Positions 59,007-64,000 of a stretch of DNA of 64,000 nucleotides are shown here, in pieces (the first letter of the stretch is position 1; the number at the start of each line of letters is the position of its first letter). Below the pieces are notes generated by a model. It had not been told where the DNA came from and did not search any database. It saw only the letters and a program-made list of their open reading frames with translations. The stretch comes from Flavobacteriales bacterium. Its GTDB lineage: Bacteria; Bacteroidota; Bacteroidia; Flavobacteriales_F; PHOS-HE28. The DNA is taken from positions 18,011-82,010 of the forward strand of contig JABWBQ010000003.1 in the NCBI GenBank assembly GCA_013360395.1, given 5' to 3'. The position numbers and the translations under genes are program-made.

Positions 59007-59248
59007 TAAGAGCCGCCGCCAACAGCACCTAAACGCCAGCAGGCACTCGGCACTCCGATCGAATGGGAATCGTTTAACTTGAAGATCGCCGCATGGAAAG
59101 CTGGTCCCGGATAACCTGCATGTGCTTAGCTGCGATCCGTTAGCCCCAGTATTTCCCGCGCAAAATGGTTCACGATCACTATATCCAGATCGCTCTCGCT
59201 TTCCGACCCTTTCACTTTCTCACCTTCTGACCTGCGTTCCCGCACCCC

Positions 59249-59581
59249 ATGCTCCGCCACTACGCCCTCGACCTGAAGAACGATCCCGAGCTGATCGCCG
59301 CGTACGATGCCTGGCACCGGAAGGTGTGGCCCGAGGTGCTGGAGCATCTGCGGCAAAGCGGCATCACGCGCTGCACCATCCATCGTGCGGGCAACCGGCT
59401 CTTCATGTCGGTGGAGAGCAGCACGGGTGCGGCCACGGATGGCGGCGGCGCGGCACTGCCCGCCCGCGTGCAGGAATGGGAGGAGCTGATGGACACGTTC
59501 CAGCAGCGGTTGCCCTTCGCGAAGCCCGGCGAGAAATGGGTGGAGCTCCGCACGATCTTCGACTGGAAGGCCTCCGAGTGA
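59249..59581 (+). CDS. L-rhamnose mutarotase family (DUF718/RhaM-like) sugar mutarotase
   Basis: MLRHYALDLKNDPELIAAYDAWHRKVWPEVLEHLRQSGITRCTIHRAGNRLFM...W..LM, the RhaM family pattern. In this context the substrate could be fucose. Confidence 0.75.
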   Translation: MLRHYALDLKNDPELIAAYDAWHRKVWPEVLEHLRQSGITRCTIHRAGNRLFMSVESSTGAATDGGGAALPARVQEWEELMDTFQQRLPFAKPGEKWVELRTIFDWKASE

Positions 59582-59661
59582 TCTCTTCCTCAGCGCATCC
59601 GGAAGTCGGGATCAGCGCACCACAATTTTCCTAACTCCGGGGCTCAACCTGAGTTCCCAGG

Positions 59662-60072
59662 TCATTCCATTTGCCCGAGACTGAACCAGTTTCCACTATC
59701 GTCCTTGAACAGGGCTTCGGTGCCGTAAAATTCCTTGGTAGGCGGTTTCTTGAACTCGACACCCTTGGACCTCATCTCTTCATAAGTTGCATGGATGTCC
59801 TTGCAATGGAACACCCCGAAGCCGAACGTGCCCTTTCTGATCAGGTCGCGCATGGTAGCGGCGGTTTCCTTGTCCCAGTTATGGCCTGTGGCCACTGGCA
59901 TCAAGGCGATCTCCAGTTCGGGTTGCTCCGGAGGCGTTACCGTCAGCCATCGCATGCCGGGCCCCATTGGGGCATCGGTGTGGACCTTGAACCCGAGCTT
60001 GTTCACGTAAAAGTCGTACGCACTGTCCTGGTCGAGGACGTAGATGGTGGTGTGGGAAAGTTTGGCGATCAT
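59662..60072 (-). CDS. VOC/glyoxalase-family protein
   Basis: MIAKLSHTTIYVLDQDSAYDFYVNKLGFKV...GFGVFHCKDIHATYEEMRSKGVEF...FKDDSGNWFSL, a typical glyoxalase-fold pattern. Confidence 0.8.
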   Translation of the reverse strand: MIAKLSHTTIYVLDQDSAYDFYVNKLGFKVHTDAPMGPGMRWLTVTPPEQPELEIALMPVATGHNWDKETAATMRDLIRKGTFGFGVFHCKDIHATYEEMRSKGVEFKKPPTKEFYGTEALFKDDSGNWFSLGQME

Positions 60073-60133
60073 GGGTGTTGCGCCGAAGCCCGGCGTGTGT
60101 GTTTGGTTCGTGGAGGCAAAGCAAGGAGGAGGT

Positions 60134-60598
60134 TCAGCTCAGTTCTTGTCCGAAATTGCGGTTTTGAAGCCACCCGTTGAACCGTGCAAAACAGCCTGGG
60201 ATAAATGCCAGCGGTTCCAACGCCAAGGCTTCCGCCCGGGCCAGTTGATCCTCTCGATAGGTCGATGGCGCCACACCCACATGCCGCTTGAAAAGCCGGC
60301 TGAACGTGGCCGGACTGGTGAATCCCACCGCCATACAGACATCCGTCACCTGCATGCCCCTGCCTAGCAAACCCTGGGCCTTTTCCATCCGTACCCGGGT
60401 CAGGTAGGCATGCGGCGCGAGCCCGTAAATAGCCTTGAACAACCGGATGAAATGATACCTGGAAAAAGCCGCTTCCGAGGAGATCTCCGTCAAGTCGAGG
60501 GGGTCCGCGTAGTGTGCATCCATAAAGCACTTGGCCTTCACCACACGCCGGTATAAATAGGCCTTCGGATACGATTCCATACCGCGAATTTCGCCCAA
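60134..60598 (-). CDS. AraC-family HTH transcriptional regulator (short form)
   Basis: VVKAKCFMDAHYADPLDLTEISSEAAFSRYHFIRLFKAIYGLAPHAYLTRVRMEKAQGLL..VTDVCMAVGFTSPATFSRLFKRHVGVAPSTY. Confidence 0.8.
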   Translation of the reverse strand: MGEIRGMESYPKAYLYRRVVKAKCFMDAHYADPLDLTEISSEAAFSRYHFIRLFKAIYGLAPHAYLTRVRMEKAQGLLGRGMQVTDVCMAVGFTSPATFSRLFKRHVGVAPSTYREDQLARAEALALEPLAFIPGCFARFNGWLQNRNFGQELS

Positions 60599-60609
60599 CC
60601 ATGCTTCTC

Positions 60610-62760
60610 TCAGCGCACCACGAACTCATCGGCGAACACCCACGACGGGTTGCCCGCGCCCAGGGAACTGGCGGGCATCGGTCCTGCGTTCACCAGCGTG
60701 GCCCGCACGTAGCGCGCCTTGGTCGGCGTTGCGGGCCGTGCGCTGAAGGCGTGGATGATGCGCGGGCCGGGATCGTTGGGCACATCATGTGTCGCGCGCT
60801 CCAACGTGCTCCAGTGCTTGCCGTCCGTGGAGGTCTCGTAGATCACTTCGCGCGGCAGGAGGATCCACACAGCGACATCCTGCAGGCAGCGGATGCTCAG
60901 CTCGGTGATCTCCTGTTCCTGCCCGAGGTCCAGCGTGATCACGGGATCGGGGCCCCACCAGCCCTGCCATTGGCCGTCGCGGAAGCTCTCCGATCCGAGC
61001 AGCCCGTCGCTCATGCCCTTCGCCGGGTCGAAGCCGTACTTGGGATTGGGCAACGGGCTTACGGTCTGCGCGGCCTCCACGCCGAGGTGCCGCACGATCG
61101 GGATCGTCAGCGCGTCCTGCACGGGCTTCCCTTGCCATAGCGGTGTCAGGCTCCAGGTCCCGGCTTCCCGCACACGCAGGCTGTCGGTGAACACGCCGCT
61201 GGTGTCGGAGCCGGCAAAGGCCACGGTGATGTCGGGCCTTCCGCGTTGGGCGGTCACCAGCCAGTCCTTGCGCGCGGGTTCGTAGCGGATGCTGGCGGTG
61301 AAGAGGTCGGCATCCTGCGTGGCGGTGATCCAGCCTTCGCTTTCCACGCGCGCCACATGCGGGCGCATGCGCTCGCGGATGTCGGCGCGCGGCGCATCGC
61401 CGGTCCACAGGCGTTCGGCATACGGGAACTGGCGCGGGAACACCGAGTAGCCGAGGTTGCGTGGATCGCGCCCTTCGCTCCACACGGGGCATTCCGCGCC
61501 GAGCACCTGTAGGTCGCTGCCGTCCACGCGCGGGTCGAACTGCTCCACGCGCTCCAGCGTGAGCGAGGCCGGAGAGGCATCGAAGTAGATGGTGCGGATC
61601 ATGCGGTTGCCGTTGGCGCGTGCCTTTCGGGCCTGATCATCGCCGCGCCACACCTCGATGACGGCAGTGGAGTCCACGCCGCCTTCGAGGATCTCGTCCC
61701 AACCGATGAGCGTTTTGCCCTTGGCCTTCAGCATGCCTTGCAGCCGCTTCACCGCCCAAGCCTGCAATGCGTGCTCATCGGGCAGGCCCTCGGCGTGCAT
61801 CCGGCGCTGGCACACGGGGCAGGCATGCCAGCGATCCTTCGGCACCTCGTCGCCGCCGATATGGAAATACGCGGACGGGAACAGCGGCACCAGCTCGTCC
61901 AGCACATCCTGCATGAAGGTCCACGTGGCTTCCTGCCCCACGCAGTACACATCCTGGAAGACGCCCCAGGTGGTGGGCACGGGCAGCGTGTCCTTGCGGC
62001 AGCCGAGTTCAGGATACGCGGCCAGCGCGGCGCGGCAATGGCCGGGGAACTCGATCTCAGGGACCACGGTGATCCCGTGCTCGGCAGCGTAGCGCACCAC
62101 GCGCTTCACCTCCTCCTGCGTGTAGAAACCGCCGTAGCGCCTGCCATCGGCCTCGGTGCGCCAAGCGCCCACTTCGGTGAGGCGCGGGTACTTCTTCACC
62201 TCGATGCGCCAGCCTTGGTCGTCGGTGAGGTGCCAATGGAAGATGTTGATCTTGAGCCGTGCGAGCTCGTCGAGGTAACGCTCCAGGAAGTCCACCGGGT
62301 AGAAGTGGCGGCTCACATCGAGCATGGTGCCGCGCCAAGCGTAGGCCGGATGGTCCGCGATGCGCGCGCAGGGCCAGTACGATCCGCCTTCAGCGGTGGT
62401 GGTCATTTGTCGCAATGTGGCCAAGGCGTTGAACACTCCGGCGGCATCGCTCACCCGAACCTCGGCGCGTGTTGGAGCGATGTCCAGCACATAGCCCTCC
62501 TTCGGCAGCTGAGGATCGCGGCGCAGGTACAGCGGATGGAGCAGTTCATCGTTCGCGGTGGCTTTGGCACTGATCGCGGACAGGAAGTCCAACAGCGGTG
62601 TTGCAACCACTTCCAAGCCGGGATCGGCGTGCAACGAGACGTACTCCAACCGGAAGCGGCTATCGAGCCATTCCACCGAACGCGGCCAAGGGATCAGGGA
62701 GGGCTGGGCGTGCAGACCAAGACTGAGAAGCCAGAGGATGAGGGGAAGGAGGCGGGGCAT
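60610..62760 (-). CDS. beta-N-acetylhexosaminidase (GH20) with a C-terminal F5/8 type C domain
   Basis: Signal peptide MPRLLPLILWLLSLGLHAQ. RGTMLDVSRHF, INIFHWHLTDDQGWRIE, YFHIGGDEV (GH20 catalytic D-E). The C-terminus has FRDGQWQGWWG...YVRATLVN. I chose the ATG at 62760; the track ORF runs on through the repeat array to 63423. Confidence 0.9.
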   Translation of the reverse strand: MPRLLPLILWLLSLGLHAQPSLIPWPRSVEWLDSRFRLEYVSLHADPGLEVVATPLLDFLSAISAKATANDELLHPLYLRRDPQLPKEGYVLDIAPTRAEVRVSDAAGVFNALATLRQMTTTAEGGSYWPCARIADHPAYAWRGTMLDVSRHFYPVDFLERYLDELARLKINIFHWHLTDDQGWRIEVKKYPRLTEVGAWRTEADGRRYGGFYTQEEVKRVVRYAAEHGITVVPEIEFPGHCRAALAAYPELGCRKDTLPVPTTWGVFQDVYCVGQEATWTFMQDVLDELVPLFPSAYFHIGGDEVPKDRWHACPVCQRRMHAEGLPDEHALQAWAVKRLQGMLKAKGKTLIGWDEILEGGVDSTAVIEVWRGDDQARKARANGNRMIRTIYFDASPASLTLERVEQFDPRVDGSDLQVLGAECPVWSEGRDPRNLGYSVFPRQFPYAERLWTGDAPRADIRERMRPHVARVESEGWITATQDADLFTASIRYEPARKDWLVTAQRGRPDITVAFAGSDTSGVFTDSLRVREAGTWSLTPLWQGKPVQDALTIPIVRHLGVEAAQTVSPLPNPKYGFDPAKGMSDGLLGSESFRDGQWQGWWGPDPVITLDLGQEQEITELSIRCLQDVAVWILLPREVIYETSTDGKHWSTLERATHDVPNDPGPRIIHAFSARPATPTKARYVRATLVNAGPMPASSLGAGNPSWVFADEFVVR

Positions 62761-62789
62761 TGGGGGGTGAAAGATGGGCAAGAGAGAAG

Positions 62790-63100
62790 AACCACAACGG
62801 CGCAACGGACGCAACGTTTGAGAGATAACCGCAACGGCGCAACGAGCGCAACGTTTGAGGAATAACCGCAAAGACGCAACGAGCGCAACGGAAATGACAT
62901 ATCCGCAACGACGCAACGGCTGAGGGGAAACCGCAACGACGCAACGGGCGCAACGTTTGGGGAATAACCGCAACGACGCAACGAGCGCAACGGAAATGAC
63001 ATATCCGCAACGACGCAACGGCTGAGGGGCAACCGCAACGGCGCAACGCACGCAAAGGAATGGGGGGAACCGCAACGGGCGCAACGAGCGCAACAGAAAT
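62790..63100 (+). repeat. tandem array of 9 CGCAACG-triplet units (26-39 nt each) containing a 102-nt higher-order duplication
   Basis: The unit is aaCCGCAACGnCGCAACGrGCGCAACG plus a 10-12 nt tail (tttgaggaat / gaaatgacatat / gctgagggga). The segment 62864-62965 is repeated almost exactly at 62966-63067. Confidence 0.85.
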
Positions 63101-63134
63101 GCGCGTGATCCGGGGCAGTAGAACACAAATACCG

Positions 63135-63518
63135 TCAGTCGGGCATGCCGTTGGCGATGCGGCGGATGCCGTTCTTGAGCAGCTTTTCGTTGAAGTTGAT
63201 GAGCAGGCCCAGCCTGTTGTCCGTCAGCTTCAGGTAGGTGATCAGCTGGGCGGAGTGGATGGGGTGCAGGGCCTCCACCGCCTTCACTTCGACGATGAGC
63301 TTGCGTTCCACCCAGAGGTCCAAGCGGTAACCGGCATCCAAGTATACCGAGCGGTACTTCAGGGGCAGCGCCACCTGCATCCGGCAGTTCAGCCCAAGCT
63401 CGGCGATCTCGAAGGCCAGGCAATGGGCGTAGGCGTTCTCGAGCAGACCAGGCCCCAGCTCCCGGTGCACCCGGAATGCAGCCTCCACCACCTGTTCAGC
63501 GATCTGGTTCTCGTCCAT
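63135..63518 (-). CDS. GxxExxY protein (PD-(D/E)XK nuclease-fold family, 127 aa)
   Basis: EQVVEAAFRVHRELGPGLLENAYAHCLAFEI (GLLENAY is the GxxExxY motif), ...YRLDLWVERKLIVEVKAV..LHPIHSAQLITYLKLT..RLGLLINF, the PD-(D/E)XK core D..E.K. Confidence 0.85.
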   Translation of the reverse strand: MDENQIAEQVVEAAFRVHRELGPGLLENAYAHCLAFEIAELGLNCRMQVALPLKYRSVYLDAGYRLDLWVERKLIVEVKAVEALHPIHSAQLITYLKLTDNRLGLLINFNEKLLKNGIRRIANGMPD

Positions 63519-63599
63519 TGATTGAAGTCTGGGTCTATGCCAAACTACTCACCAATGTCGTTCAGCACACGGTGTGCATGACCAGCGGTTGGTGTACGG

Positions 63600-63682
63600 C
63601 CATCTCCCCCACGTTGCGGTCGTTGCGCCGGCGCTGCAGAACCATCTCCCCCACGTTGCGCCCGTTGCGCCCGTTGCGGTAA
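63600..63682 (-). repeat. two CGCAACG-triplet units in inverted orientation relative to the 62790-63100 array
   Basis: Plus strand: ccatctcccccaCGTTGCGgtCGTTGCGccggcgctgcagaa, then ccatctcccccaCGTTGCGccCGTTGCGccCGTTGCGGtaa. The reverse complement of the second is accgcaacgggcgcaacgggcgcaacgtgggggagatgg, which matches the left-array unit. Confidence 0.8.
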
Positions 63683-63696
63683 AACCTCTGAGTCTC

Positions 63697-64000
63697 TCAA
63701 TTGAACCCGCCTTCCCCCCGGTACAACCTCACCGGCCCGTCCAGCTTCACTTTCACCACGTCCATCCACGGATCGGTGGGCTGCGCGGGCACGTCGATGA
63801 AGACCAGTCCCGGCACCTTGCTCCAACCGATCTTGCCCACCACGCGGTGCTGCAGGGCCTGCCCGGTGCCAAGCAGTTCAGCGGAGAGGATCTTGTTGTC
63901 GAGGCCCTTGATCTCCACGCTGCCCGTCATGCCGTTGGCGAGGAAGAGATAGAGCGTGGTGCTGTCCGCGCTCAATGTTGTGGGACCGAAGAAGTGGCCG
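63697..64000 (-). CDS. C-terminal end of a glycoside hydrolase (GH29 alpha-L-fucosidase-like beta-sandwich tail), partial at the window edge
   Basis: The frame stays open to position 64000. The tail ...TTLYLFLANGMTGSVEIKGLDNKILSAELLGTGQALQHRVVGKIGWSKVPGLVFIDVPAQP...VVKVKLDGP resembles fucosidase C-terminal domains. The apparent start in the ORF track is an internal TTG. Confidence 0.4.
   Translation of the reverse strand, partial: GHFFGPTTLSADSTTLYLFLANGMTGSVEIKGLDNKILSAELLGTGQALQHRVVGKIGWSKVPGLVFIDVPAQPTDPWMDVVKVKLDGPVRLYRGEGGFN

Noticed and set aside
62790-63100. A possible CRISPR array.
   Set aside because: The units are 26-39 nt and directly abut each other with no unique spacers. They are internally triplicated 9-mers, no cas genes are nearby, and copies occur in inverted orientation on the other side of a gene.
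62761-63423. A 221-aa N-terminal extension of the GH20 ORF in the ORF track (60610-63423), with odd repeats such as LRPLRRCGY and CARCVVAV.
   Set aside because: The extension is simply the translation of the CGCAACG tandem array, and it overlaps the GxxExxY gene. A canonical signal peptide (MPRLLPLILWLLSLGLHAQ) begins at the ATG at 62760.

Overview
64 kb of high-GC (about 65% by eye) chromosomal DNA. It probably comes from a member of the Bacteroidota: there are several T9SS-type C-terminal sorting domains, -33/-7 style promoter geometry and glycan-degrading enzymes. I found no rRNA, tRNA or CRISPR array. Gene content in map order:

- 204-4905: a minus-strand module of unknown function. It encodes a soluble P-loop ATPase fused to an FtsH-like M41 metalloprotease, an ADP-ribosylglycohydrolase and a deiminase-fold enzyme, followed by a low-GC UDG-superfamily gene.
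- 5430-14454: dxs, then a TetR-TolC-MFP-RND efflux operon.
- 14575-14900: an IS3-family remnant.
- 15-38 kb: a block of paralogous signalling and surface genes. It holds three TPR-sensor histidine kinases, one TPR-sensor adenylate cyclase, two near-identical LuxR/NarL response regulators, four tail-fibre-like proteins with C-terminal S74 intramolecular-chaperone domains (one with a collagen-like stretch), and T9SS/delta-60/propeller secreted proteins.
- 38429-43023: asnS. It is flanked on both sides by short diverged copies of its own 5' and 3' ends, and these copies bracket cargo genes.
- 43-49 kb: small redox and housekeeping genes, then rpoN.
- 49.9-64 kb: a fucose/hexosamine glycan-utilisation cluster (GH109-like, GH29, DUF4838, GH20, fucose permease, mutarotase, and a cytidylyltransferase-GHMP kinase fusion). 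It is interrupted by a RelE-type toxin-antitoxin pair and a low-GC T9SS gene.

Signals I consider most worth follow-up:

- A 16-bp 7-2-7 palindrome, TAACCCG-NN-CGGGTTA, occurs five times at fixed geometry in promoters of the kinase/fibre block.
- The asnS 5'-end and 3'-end duplications look like attachment-site scars of integrase-less islands.
- Arrays of a CGCAACG-based repeat flank a GxxExxY nuclease-fold gene in inverted orientation, and there is an unrelated TTTGGCA octamer array elsewhere.
- The ATPase-M41 / ARH / deiminase-fold module.

All family assignments come from reading motifs in the supplied translations. No database search was run.
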